DNA of 44,140 bases from Sphaeroforma arctica JP610 (lineage: Eukaryota): contig NW_014040229.1 of assembly GCF_001186125.1 (NCBI RefSeq), positions 1-44,140 on the forward strand, in the 5' to 3' direction. The notes beneath the pieces are model-generated. The model had not been told where the DNA came from, ran no database searches, and saw only the letters and a list, made by a program, of their open reading frames with translations. A program made the translations under genes and the position numbers. Of this stretch, positions 9,401-22,161 are shown piece after piece (within the stretch, counting starts at the first letter, position 1; every line of letters starts with the position of its first letter).

Positions 9401-12400
9401 ACACTCTCATGGTGGTTTATCCGATCACCTGTTTTTCAATCTGATTTGTTGCAATGTGCTCATGTCTTAAACGGTTAAAGACGCGGTTGCTTCAGAGTAG
9501 AGGCCCGGTCGGGACTATCGGGCGATATAAACTCTGATACATTATATACGCAATCTATCATCTATAATTCTCACCACAGACCGTGCACGTGGCGCCTATT
9601 CTGGGTACAACGTCCACTCGTAAAGTGGAAGGCACTATGTGGATCACCTTGAAGCCGAGGTACAACAAAGAAATTGCACCAGGTGGTGTGGCCGTGATCG
9701 ATCCCGCGACCAGTCCTCAATCGTCTGGCAGCAGGGCACAGTGTACCGGTTGGGGAGATCCTCACTACACAATGTTTGACGGCAAGAAGTTCGACCTTTA
9801 CGAACAGGTATGCACAATACTCACGTGATTTACTAGATTTAAAATGGCCGAGTGAATTTGTCGGGTGTTGATATGTGCGTTGTGCCCTCATCTTGTCAGT
9901 ACGGCTCACCGCGTGTCGAACGCGCAACAGATTCTAGCTGAACGCAAGTCTGGCGTATCTCTGATTTAAACGATTGGCTTGTTAGCGTCTGTTGCAGTAT
10001 ACTATAATGGAGTACGAGATTTTCGATTATATGCTCTGAGGCAACTTCCAGAATTTCCTGCTTCAATCATAGTACCACTTGTGGGCAATCCACTCAATCT
10101 TTGAACGCAATTGGCCATCCATATCGGTACTTCCCAATGGCTGAAGTGATTTTATGCTAATAAAGTCCACGTCGTACCTCATTTCAGGGTATGTTCACTC
10201 TTGCACGTGATTACACGGGAGACTTCGGCGTACAAACATATCTGATTCCATGCGATGAAATTGGTGCCAAAGTCACTTGCACATATCTTGGATTCTTGGT
10301 CTACAAGGGAACCAAAATTCAGTTCAGGATGAATCCGGGCGAATCCCACGCGGACATTTGGTGAGTGGTGTGGTGCGGTGTATTGTGGTGTTCAACATGC
10401 GTTGTTTTCAATTCCGAATGGGGAAAGGAAAGTATGGTAAAAACACCATATTATCCAATTATCGTCTTGGGGTATTTGAATCTATTCTATACCTTCGGAA
10501 GTGATGTACCGTCCCAATGTACTCATTTTATGCGTGTTCTCTATTTCCTTTGTGAATAGGGATCCCACAGTGTTCGTAGACATCCTTGAAGACAACAACA
10601 ACGGCGTATCCATGGTACGGAACAGCGATAACAATGTTGTGTTCAATCTTCCCAACGGAATGTCCGTCAAATGCACCACTGGATTTTATAGAAAGGAACG
10701 GCAAGATGGTGAGTCGAAAACTGTTATAGCGCCTGTCGATTGTCTGACGTTTCGTGAACATCTGAAACTAACACACATGGTACACGATGCGAAATTTGTA
10801 CGTACTAGAGTAGCTATCTCGTGAACGCTCAAAGTTTCTAGTTGCGTTGTGATGTTAACGTTCTAGCTAGTATCAATACAGGTTGGAATTTATTATTAAT
10901 AGAATAGGCTTACACAAATATCTGTCAGATGTCATTTTTATTCCACTTCAACTTACACGAGACACTGTGCATACTATTTCAGGCAATCACTGGAGATACC
11001 TCAATTTCTACATAGAGGCACCCACAACCATGTACGAAAAGCTCACCGGTATGTGTGGGCTTTTCGATGGATCGTCTGACGGAGAAACGACCAATCCTAG
11101 CGAGATCGCCGACGTAAGTTATAGTGTACTTTATTGACTGACACTACGTTTCCTCGCATTTTCAACACATTTAGTTCATCATGGTATTGACCAATGCTAA
11201 CAACTGATCAATGGTCCCACACGAAATGTGCGGGTGAGCTCTCATCTAACACACAAACCGTTAGCTCACTGTCAAGCTGACATGTGTTATCTGATGCCTA
11301 TGGCTGGTTCTGTCTCTTTTTAGAAAGTTTGAGGAGAAATACAATACAGTACGCCTCTGCCGTTATGTGTAGCTCCATATGTATGTTCTCGATGTGATCG
11401 TTTGTACGTTGATTGGTAGTCTTTCAAACTTCAGCATCTATGTTTTGCTTCACGGATACAGACACATAGACGCCGTACCAGCAACCGCACACACGTACTT
11501 ATACAATGAACTAATTCTTAGAAAAATGAATTGTATCACAGAAATGGCTTGTTACAGACGAATCGGAATGGATCATCTATGGGGATCAGCAGCCCATTTC
11601 CCCAACACCAACACCCCGACCCGACGACCCTACAGGTCCCACCAGCGGCTATACCCCACCAATCACTATGGATGCATTTGAATTCGCGGATGGTTGTAAC
11701 CCGAATACAGCGCCTAATGAACCCCTACCGTCATCGGGTTCAGGGGTATGTGACTGTTAGGAGGTGTATATGCGGTGCTTTCTTTTAGACAATTTGAATG
11801 ATCGTATATGCGCTGTTCTGCACGGCATATCCCGAGACATATCTCTTTCGCGGTATCTCATAAGCGTTCGAAGCCGCTAATCCACACGGGATGTTCTCGT
11901 CCTGTATCGCATGCAACATAGTGCCCTGTTTCATGTATCTTCATATGATGTATTTGTACCGTCCCCAGTCAGAGAAAAATATTTCGCATTCGGCGAACCT
12001 CTATGCAAACACAGATGCCAGTTTCGGTGTCGTGGTGCTGTTTGCTACCCGAATCCACTCATGTATTGATGTGATCTGACAGCCCTCGCCACTTCGCTCC
12101 CATTCTTTCTCTTTCCATCATTTTCTTTTCCCATCGTCAGTCTCCGATCACACCCAGAACACTGAACAGTACGTACGAGCCCATCGAGGACCCAGAGCCT
12201 ACCGACGAAGTTGTCAACGCGTGCAAAGATATTATTAACAGTGGAGTCTGCGAATCAATGTCGGATGATGATATTCTAGGGTTTGTTGAAGGCTGTGCGA
12301 TTGATACCACGCTTGCCGAGGTATGCAATTGGATAGGGTCATGACATTTAGGCTTTTTGAAGACAATTTTTTATACATGCTGTTGTATTCATTGCTAAAC

Positions 12401-13231
12401 GTGCAAGTGTCTGTATTATTAATATATGCCGAGAGTTGCATGATATAGAATTCGCTCGTAGTGGTATGTTACTTTATAGTGAGGTGCTTGGTGTGGTGAA
12501 CTGTGTAAATCAGAGGGTGCCTTTGGATTCTATGATCGTAACAGAAAAAGGGGGTCGTTGAGGGCAGTTATTTTGTGTTGAGGGCTTGATGTATTCAAAG
12601 GCGTGTGCTTGTGGGGGATACTGAATGTTCGTATATAGGATATGGTTCGATCAATTTTTCTTGGTCCGGTTGGCGACTTTGGTACGAATAATAAATAAAT
12701 AGCAAGCACCTGATAGGATTGTATCGTATATTTGGTTGCAATTGATAGAGACTCATACTCATCATTTAAATTTCTATTTTTTGAATGCAGCTGGATGTGC
12801 CACCCCCCGAAGCAGCGGAACCATTCTTAGAAGCGTGCTCATTCGAAGAGAAAAAGGATGCTTGCAACCAGTGTACATCGCTTCAGCAATGCGACATGGC
12901 CACTAATACCTGTGTGACTGTGGCATCCAGTTGTGGAGTTGGTTGTGGCGAAGCGAACGGGCACGGTACCTGTGATGAATCCAATAGCGTATGTGATTGC
13001 ACGGAGGATTATACGGGTATACACTGTGAATCCCCCCTAGAGCCCTGCAAGACTGACCCATGCTTGAACGGGGGAATTTGCTCGAATGAAGCGCTTCAAA
13101 CTACCTGCGAGTGTGTTGACGGCTACCAAGGTGTACGATGTGAGCAGTCTCCAGCATGCCAAAGCGCTGGGACGGATGAAAGTACAGGTAAAGTGTACAA
13201 GCTGGAAGTATATACGGAATGCATAGCTTAG
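6414..13231 (+). CDS. Secreted PA14 / Calx-beta-like / VWD (GDPH) / C8-like / EGF-repeat mosaic protein, ~779 aa, 11 exons
   Basis: GT-AG exons with consistent phases: 6414-6692, 7056-7263, 8068-8225, 9017-9205, 9580-9807, 10188-10360, 10560-10708, 10983-11113, 11542-11745, 12141-12320, 12791-13231 (2340 nt). Hydrophobic N-terminus (WVYTLILVACVNA). PA14 motifs FIAPCDGEYKFRTSADDGAILTING and FEYFEGTGHMVVRLQWKPPG. LIFTPENWETPQTVHV. VWD motifs CTGWGDPHYTMFDGKKFD and LTGMCGLFDG. EGF motifs GHGTCDESNSVCDCTEDYTGIHC and CKTDPCLNGGICSN...CECVDGYQGVRC. The 3' end may extend by further splicing to ~13812. Confidence 0.88.
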
Positions 13232-14160
13232 TAAACTCATGCAGACATTATCAGCTGTGGACGTATGCTCACCATTATGAAACGGATAGTGATAGATATA
13301 AGGCGACCCTGCCTGCTGTAGGCGTACACTTGCTGCTTTTGACTCTATAGTGTATTGTTCAGAAGAAACCTACAGCAGCAAGGTGAGTCTATATACAAGA
13401 CATGTAAAGTGAATCGTCGGCATCAGCACAGTGAGATGCGTCGAGTGAGCGACAGGATCTACACCGTGCTGGAGATAAAGTTTTTCCCAGTAGATGCAAT
13501 AGAGTACCTCGTGCATATACACCAGTTTGTGACGAGCCAACGCGGACAGGACAATTCTTCCCGACGCTGCACGAATTTCAAAGTAAGGCCTCATGTACAC
13601 ATATTAGTATTTCATGATCTGAAGCGATAGGATCCTGATTTTACGTAGGCAATTTTAATACTCCTCTATTTACAAATAAAATGACTCGACCTTCAAATCG
13701 ACAAGACAATATAGGCCATACTCAGTCGATACACCCACGCCGGTAGTTCAATTTAGTTATGAACGTGTATATGTACTGGTAAATATTAAAATCAGTCGAC
13801 GAATTTATCTGACGAGTTATCTGCCTGCCTGGATTGTTGTCAGGGAAGGTGAGTCAAATTTGAATATTTATTGAAACAGTAAGTGTTGCATCAAGTTGGG
13901 CATCTCATAGTTAGAGAACTAAGCTCACGATACCATGGCTGTGATTGGAATGGTGCTGCAGTTCTCTACATATGTGCTATAGAAAACAGTATATGAGGGC
14001 AATACACCCGACTACCAGTTCATTTTACATACTACAATTACTCTTGAATTGTCAACAACAGGTACGAGAAATCCATTTTCATTTAGGAGCAGCGAAAAAT
14101 TGTAGGATTCATGTAAAGTCTGAAAAATGAAAGTATGTCCAAAAAGTGCGAGTGTTAATA

Positions 14161-14520
14161 GGCGGAATAGCTCAGTGGTTAAAACACTGAATTGTAATCT
14201 GTAGGCCCCGGTTCAGGCGAAATCGTAAAAAAAAGGTCTATTCACAGGGGTTCACACTGCAGGTTGACGCCTGAGCTATCCTCGACCGGTTGCTGGGCAG
14301 CCTGGGGCACAAAATTCGAGAAGGCTCGATAAATAAAAACGGGTCATAGCAAGACTATGACGTCAAGAGATCCGAAGATTAGAGCGGACGTCGCCATTGA
14401 GACCAACTGATGAAGGCCAGAAATGAGACAGACGAGTGGACGGACGACTGATATGCCGAAAAACCAAAAAGACAAAAGGCCAAAAAAAAGCTAAGTAAAG
14501 ACCAAAGGCCCGAAAGATAG
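14161..14520 (+). mobile_element. tRNA-derived (pseudo-tRNA head) SINE-like element; 3' boundary uncertain
   Basis: GGCGGAATAGCTCAGTGGTTAAAACACTGAATTGTAATCTGTAGGCCCCGGTTCAGGC (14161-14218) has an A box (TAGCTCAGTGG), a Thr(TGT)/Tyr-like anticodon arm with a mismatch, and a B-box start (GGTTCA). The D-stem is broken and there is no 3' acceptor strand. Hairpins and an A-rich tract follow. Confidence 0.5.
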
Positions 14521-15241
14521 ATCGCAATAATTGTTCTGACCAATCACGAATTGTACACAACAAGAAGGAACACCATCGCTTTTTGGTTTTTCTTCGGACA
14601 TCGTTTTTGAAACGAACCACTTGCTTATCTTGTGCTAAAAAGCTTTTTATCTTGAAACGATCGTTTAGGCAAATGTGATATTTGCAATTTAAACGTATCC
14701 GATGCGTCCGAGCTTTAGGCCGAAAAAATTGCTTGACCAGTCTCGTAATATATACAGCAAGAGATGACAGAACAGTGTGCTTGACACCTTTCCTCAATGT
14801 AGTAATTTGATCATCGCTATCAATATATTTGTCATGAGGGTTTCGGCGGGTACACATTTATTCTGCGAGATATATACTAAAATGTAGAATGGCACGTCGA
14901 GAAAGTATACTCCCCTCACACAGCTTGAAGCTTTGTTTCATAATGAGTTCACCTGCTACCAGAGACAGTAATATTCACATGCAGATCCTCTCAGTAAAGG
15001 TTTATTCTATTTGGGGGTTGGGACGTCAACTTTCGCAATGCGAGGGTCTCACTTCACTCAGAAGGATTGTCTTGGTGAATAATAAAATCAACTACTACTG
15101 AACAAACCCTCGTCCAACAGAAATTTAGTGGCGAACGCTACTATTATTTGTTCGAAGGTCGTTTTATTTCCATAGAACATTTTAAATTCTATCAGGTATT
15201 TATGTTATAATTTAGAGTTCTATTTTCTTAGTTCTCACAAT

Positions 15242-18200
15242 TTAGAACAAATCATGTACATTGTCATGATTTCCCCCACCTACATCGGTGTGAAAGAGGT
15301 CAAGGGATTTCAAAAAGAACGCGTTCTCATTGGCATGACCGGAGAAGTAGCCGTCTTCTCCAGCCGCACCGAAGTGTCCCGCATCCCAGTCAGTCTGTAG
15401 CAAACATGTGCTTGACCTACAGTATTCATCTTTTGTATCTTCCCTATAATCACTTGCACAATGCTCGGTCTCACCACTACCTAGATTTCCCGTCGAGGTA
15501 TATAGATTGTCGCCAGTTATCTTCGTAGAGTCACCTGGAATCGGATTTAGCCGAGAACCGTAATATTGCAAGGAGCGCAAATGCCTTAGTTTAGCCACCA
15601 TCTTCGCTGGGTGCCAGTACGGCACTCGATTATCTTTCATTGAACCTGAAATTAGAAATACAAGTCTTCACCAATTAAAGAGAATAATAATAGCCAAGTG
15701 TCGTAGTAATAAATTTTGAGAGCATTATCGCGTAGCTGGAACGTTTAAGATACAAATAAACATATAAAGTGGCCCTTTGGAAGTCAGTTCTTATGCCATT
15801 ATAGTCAGAAGTAAGACTGCGAACTGGTATCCAATGTACAATTTTACACAGTTTTTATTGAGAATCCAACCATGTAGAACAAACGTACATCCAAGTTATA
15901 GCTTAATAGGGGGCTTGCGGTTACGCTGAGAAGTATCGCGAGGAATGTGGACGATTTTTAATATTCGATTACGTATCAAGTGTCTTTATGATCACACCAA
16001 GTCACCCAAATTAAATCTCCTTATTCATTGATATACACACAATCATGCTGCCCATGCTCATCTATCGATCAGACACAGTCACACTCTCAAATTTACGAAG
16101 CAATGTGTACGAGCGTGTCTCTCGTATTGCTCATACCTGTGAATAGCATATCAGGCAGTTGGCTGTCAGTTGTGAGATTGTCGTACGGACAATACGTCTT
16201 GATATAGTCGTAGACTGCAACGCTGGTGGATGGGTCGCCCCACTCATCGTACTCGTGCACTGTCAAGGCCAATGTGTCATCCAGCATCGCTGTCAATACA
16301 TCTGTAAATGGGACCTAGCGTGTGCAGTCCAAGAACATTTGCGGAATTTGAAATGCTATAAACATAAAGTATACACTTTCAATAAATGCGCGAGGGGTAA
16401 TCGCTGTTGCCTCCACTGACGCTGAAGCGTCAATAATATTTCGATATCGAATGATGTAAGCAATCGGCGGATGTTTGGAGGTGATGTACACGAGCTCCTT
16501 ATGCACATGGTATACACACATACATGACCTCCGTCGCATGAATGGTAGTTTAATGGAAAGACACATTGCGCCGATCTGAGATATAGTATGGAAGTCGAGT
16601 GACAAAAAACCATCTTATGTCCAATTTAGCAAACTGGTTCTGAAGGCCTTATCCCAACAATTTCACAGCAGACTTTCAACATAGAATGGCCGGTTCAGAA
16701 AATGCAATTATACAGCAAATTCAAACCAAGCCTTCAGAACGGCACAATACAATGAATCAGAAATCATTTGAACTAAAAATACCTTGATAATAGAACACTG
16801 GTAATGATGCGCAATCATTTGACATACACACCGCACATTTCCCTAACAGCTCAATGGAGTGAGAAAATTTACTGGCTGACAAACACACATCGAATGATTT
16901 CAACACCACGATAACAAAGGCGTTTTGCATGTATCACAAAATATATAGCATACCTTCATGACAGCGCACTTGAACAGAAAGGGCGATCGAATCACAACAG
17001 CAGCAGCCAACAGTCCGCCAGCACTGGACCCGCGAATGGCAGTCAGCGACGCTTGGGAGACACCTGAACAATAAATCGTATGCGATGGCTGACTTAGTTG
17101 AAATGCAGGTCTCCAGTATTTATCAACCAGGGTTGTATTCAGGGCAAAATTTTCATGTGGTCGATAAATTAGAACAAGGGGACAGTGCGAACCCCTTGCT
17201 AGGTGCAGACAAGTATGTCCATTTTCGCGTCAAACAGGGTTCAAAGTGGAATTTCAGTCGCAACGCCTTCAGCTCGTTAGCCAACTTGGTTCACGAGTAC
17301 ACATAGATCAAAGAAATCCACACAGGGGACTTTTGCGTGACGAGAAAAACGTAAAAAACCTTAGAGAGTTCAGCATTACTGTAAAAGCTGATAGGTGGCC
17401 GTAGAGAATGATGAGGACTAGACTGCACTAATTAAAACAGTTGGTGATACAGGTTGTATCCAGTGCACGATAAATACACTGCACGCAAGCCAGTCTACGA
17501 AAAGGAGTCAGTCGGAGTCTTTAATGGATCTCCAATCACATGTGCAGGCAGCAATAGGTTCACGTCGCACAAACAAATACTCAGAAACACGACAATCGCG
17601 AACAGTTCTCATATTTACGCGTAGGCACGTATTCGAGGATCTGCAACAAATGTTCACACGTGTGGATAAGTCGGCTCACCTGCGGAGTGGAGATGCCGCA
17701 CACATGCCTCCATGTCCTCAAAGGATCTGTGCTTATTCATCAGTTTACCCATTCGATGCCACCGTTTGCCATGCTCTCCTGGATAATAATAGCCGCACGA
17801 TATCAAATGCAAAATTTGAAGTACTGCGTCGCGATTGTAGATTGCTGCCACGTGGAAACTACAGCACACACTAGGCGGTACTGGTGTACGTAGAAGGGTA
17901 CATTTCAATTGTTATGTTAAATGCGCGTTAATCCTGTCTGTGTTGCGCAGTATAGTCCGGGAGCTCTTATTTAGTCCACTATACTCACAGCACTTTAAAA
18001 ATGCGAACTTACCCCCACCGCGCACGTGGCACAAGGCGTATACAAAGCCCCTATTCAACATTGGGATACGTTCAGCTTTGTAGTCGGCGTCCAGTTTGTG
18101 CCCATACGCGCCGTAGCCCTGCACTATCAGGGGTGAAGGCGAACTCTGCTCCAGCACACCGCGTTTGGCGATCAAAGTCATAGGCACAGCCGTTCCATCC

Positions 18201-21200
18201 GCGCTCTCTGATTTAGGGATATAGGTCAAGACGATATGGAGGGTTGTAGATTTGATATAATTATGTAAGGTTGACATCTCTGTAGTTGAAGCAAATAGAG
18301 TTCGTGCCCACATTTCTGATTGCGTTTACATCATCTTGGGGTAGCTCGATGGAGACCATAGAGGGAAAGAATAGACGGATGTTGTTTCCAGTTGGAGAAC
18401 CAGGATATGATACTTGCAAGCAAAGAGCAATGATGGGTGACTTGCACAGAGAATTTGATACTTTACGTGGGTATCTTTAACCATACTTGTAAGTGAAAGC
18501 ATTGTCAGGAAGCAAAATCGAAATCGGGACACTGTCGGCAGTGATAATACAAAGACTATGAGATGAAGTCTTGTACAACACGTACCTGCAAATATCTGGC
18601 GCACTTCGATATCATCCTTGACTAGTGTGGGTGGCATACGATTCTCAATGTTTTCCATATCGGCTATGCCTTCAGACAGCGACGGGATGGACACCTAAAG
18701 GAATGGCCATCGAAATAATTTAGAATAGTCAATGTTTGCACGAATTTTCGGGTTCTACAAACCACAGATCACATCAAATCCTTACACACAAACTGTAGAT
18801 ATAAGAATACTACATCTTTTCTCGTCGCGAAGAATACGTATGTGATAACGCGCTCGAACACCGATGATCTCCGTACTTCATCACGTCACATATACACATC
18901 AAAGTATAAAATCCTAAAAAGGGGTTGGTCAAGCATAGCGTAGATTCACATACCTCTCTGTGCGTGATCACGGAACCATCCCTCAAATCACATGTAACAA
19001 CAACCTCTGGAGTCGATGGAGACGACAAACCCAAGCGCAAACAATGTGTGTTGTATGTCTGATTCGCACCTGGAATCAACGTGCACGCCGAGGATGGTAG
19101 CTTGGCTGTACGTAGTTCCCTGTGGTGCGGGTGTGGTTATACACGTTAATTCTTTGTTGCACAATTCCTCGTCACGAACAGATCACCCCATTATTTCTAT
19201 ATTTATGTCGAAAAATTGAGTTCACGAGCACAGATAGGTATTCCGTGGGCTGGTTCGACCGTGCGCGGCTCGCACTCGCTTTTTGTGGAATAAAATCTAG
19301 TATATGTACACTGGCGTACCCCAGGGTATCTCAGATTAGTATACCCTTAGCGGAGCATCCCAAAGTGGATGTAAAACGGCTTTCGAGAAGGTAAGTGTGA
19401 GGGACTCACCTTATTCGTGCGAGAGAAATGTAACGATTTAAATAATGCCGGACGGGATTCAAATTGTTGGAATTGAACTCGCGGACTCAAAGCAAAGCTA
19501 GTGATTGTTAATTAGTACCGAGATAAAAATGGGAGTCGTTCGTATCTGTCATATCCTCGAATATAACTAGTGCAGCTATATTCAAGTATGATATATGATA
19601 ATCCAGATCCAGAACAGACACAGGATGCTTACTGTTGAGTGATTGTTCACTTCAAAAGGTATCTGCAGTTTGTTAGCTATAGTTATTGGAGTACAACAAT
19701 CAAGTTTGCGTTGTAGCTCCTGGGCGAATCAACGATCAGCACTATATTGATGTTGTAACTTGGGATTATTCGATACCACCTAAACAGGCGCTTTGCCGCG
19801 AGTGCAACAGTGGTGAGTACCACACTGATAGAGAGACGTGCAAAAACTACCGACCACAATTCAACAAACTTACCGAGTATTCAAATCCATGATGGTCATT
19901 TTCGGCGCCCCATATTTGTCTCGCATATACATCACACAGTAGTCCGCATAGATGTCCATGTCCACTATAGGTTCCTGGGTCAGCGTGTTTCAAGCAGATA
20001 CACTGAGAGTAAGTATACTGTTTCAATTCAATTGTTACTGCCTATTTCGTCCACAAGCATACGCACACGTCAAAGAGCCGCTAAAAGTTGTATTCAAAAA
20101 CTGGTGATGAATCTCTAGAGTAAACCATAAGGCGATCATTTTCCAACGCAGATAAAGTACGGCAGATATCTCATGCTGCTCATGTGTAAGCCAGTCGTTC
20201 ATATGCATTGCTTACTCTCTGAAATATTTGAGTATTAAAAGGTCAAGCGTTCTATGCGCGCCCATACCAGCTCAAGAATTTGACACCTCGTGCATACGAA
20301 GTATACCTAGAGCGGGAACATAAAATTTGCATACATTCGTCTCTCCTTGGAATAGATCCGTCCAATTTTCAGATTGTGGCGCGGCGTCTGGAGTTGTAAT
20401 GATCTTGTATGCTTCTGCTTTGTCGATATTCGTCACAATGTAGAATCTGCATACGAAGGTGCGTGCACAAAGGTTATCTCGGTGCCTCTGCACATCTAAA
20501 GTCTGAGGTATTGGTGTCCATACTACAACAGGACAGTATCTGTGGATATTGTAATACATGCATATCTGCTATGATGCGATCTGATAACGATCTAACCGGG
20601 AGGTATTGATGTTCGTCCTACAACAAGACAGTATCTGTAAATACTGGAATACATGCATATCTGCTATGTGGGGATCTGACATCGTACCACCAGGGTCGCA
20701 ATAGGTAGCTAACCTAACGACATAAAACTTTATCACAGAAGGAAATTTATCAAATTCTCAAAATAGTGGAACAAAAACAAATGAATAGCAGCAAAACATA
20801 AAACAGTCAAATATGTTGCACTGACAATCGTGGTGTAAATATGTGCTCAGCACCATTGTGCGTCTTGCATTGCATTTAAATACCGTCATTGGCACTTACT
20901 TGTCGTTCCGATGCTCCACAAAATACTCCACCCCCTTCTCCCGTTCACGGACAAGTATTGGCTTGCCGTGCGGGGTTTTCGCATCCAAAACATGAACCTG
21001 TTGGATACCACGAGATTCGCAATCGATGAGAGAAATAATCTCGAATGATTTACTAGCCGCGAAGTACATTTCATTCTAGTGAGCTCAGACAACAGCTCAG
21101 ATGGGAACCAACCGCCGTTAGCAACGGGGAAGGACTGCAAAAAGTTCTATGCGCTATAAGAGTACATATATTATAGCACAATGTAAGGTTCATAATAAAA

Positions 21201-21914
21201 ATTTCCATTGACATTACCTGGCTAATTATTGCGTTTGATCAAGTACACCTACTCGTCCACTTACTTCAGCAACATATATGCGATACGTGATGGCTATGTC
21301 GACACACATGTGTTTGATTTGAATACAATCTGAGTCCCCACAACAAAACACACACAGGACAAAGTAACCTGTACGTCACAGTTACCAGTTAGTCGACTAG
21401 TAGTGACAAACATTATGCTTTCTTGGGACTCTCTGTACCTCGGAGGTCATCTTAGAATTAGCATTGAGGGTGATAAACCGCTTGTCTTTGGTTAGTGACA
21501 CATCTAGGAAGACACTCTCATCCCTTTCTGTGAGCACCACAAGATCAGCAATGCAATTCGTTCCCAGTTTATGGCTGGAAAAGCAACAGAATAGTATAAG
21601 TGATACGACTGTCTTTATGAAATCAGGTGAACCCAGATGAGGGCGACGATATAATAAATGTTGACATAGCGCGAACATATAGTTGTAATCACAGTTTGTA
21701 TAGTAAGAAACATAAAACCAACAACTCGTTTTCAAGTACTAGATACGCGTGAACCGTGTAATTCAGCCGCAAATTATATGCTCCCCGCCCATTGTACACG
21801 ATTTGATTGTATCTCGATTGTATCTCTTGAGATCTCAGCGATTGATAAACGCAAGCTCAGTTCTAACCCCAGAGATTCGATACATAATTCATTCCTCGCT
21901 CCATACTGAATATG

Positions 21915-21965
<51 letters not shown>

Positions 21966-22111
21966 ATATTCTATATATGAATACATACATACATACATAC
22001 ATACATACATACCTATATACATACATACATACATACAAACAAACAAACATACGTACATACATACATACATACATACATACATACGTACACACACACACAC
22101 GCATACAGAGG

Positions 22112-22161
<50 letters not shown>

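Noticed and set aside
6414..13231. Functional cluster in which the PA14-VWD protein is the substrate of the nearby DPY19
   Set aside because: I found no WxxW motif or thrombospondin repeat in the spliced protein. The genes are ~21 kb apart with unrelated housekeeping genes between them.
14161..14235. Functional tRNA-Thr or tRNA-Tyr gene
   Set aside because: The D-stem and anticodon stem are mismatched, the T-arm is incomplete, and no 3' acceptor strand pairs with GGCGGAA.
14363..14857. 164-aa minus-strand ORF
   Set aside because: No recognisable motifs or splice context, and it overlaps the low-complexity tail of the SINE-like element.
19409..19500. Extra peptidase exon ending at a good donor (AAG|gtgagt)
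   Set aside because: Exons 19974-19874 and 19119-18954 already join in phase with continuous homology, and the candidate translation has no S9A similarity.
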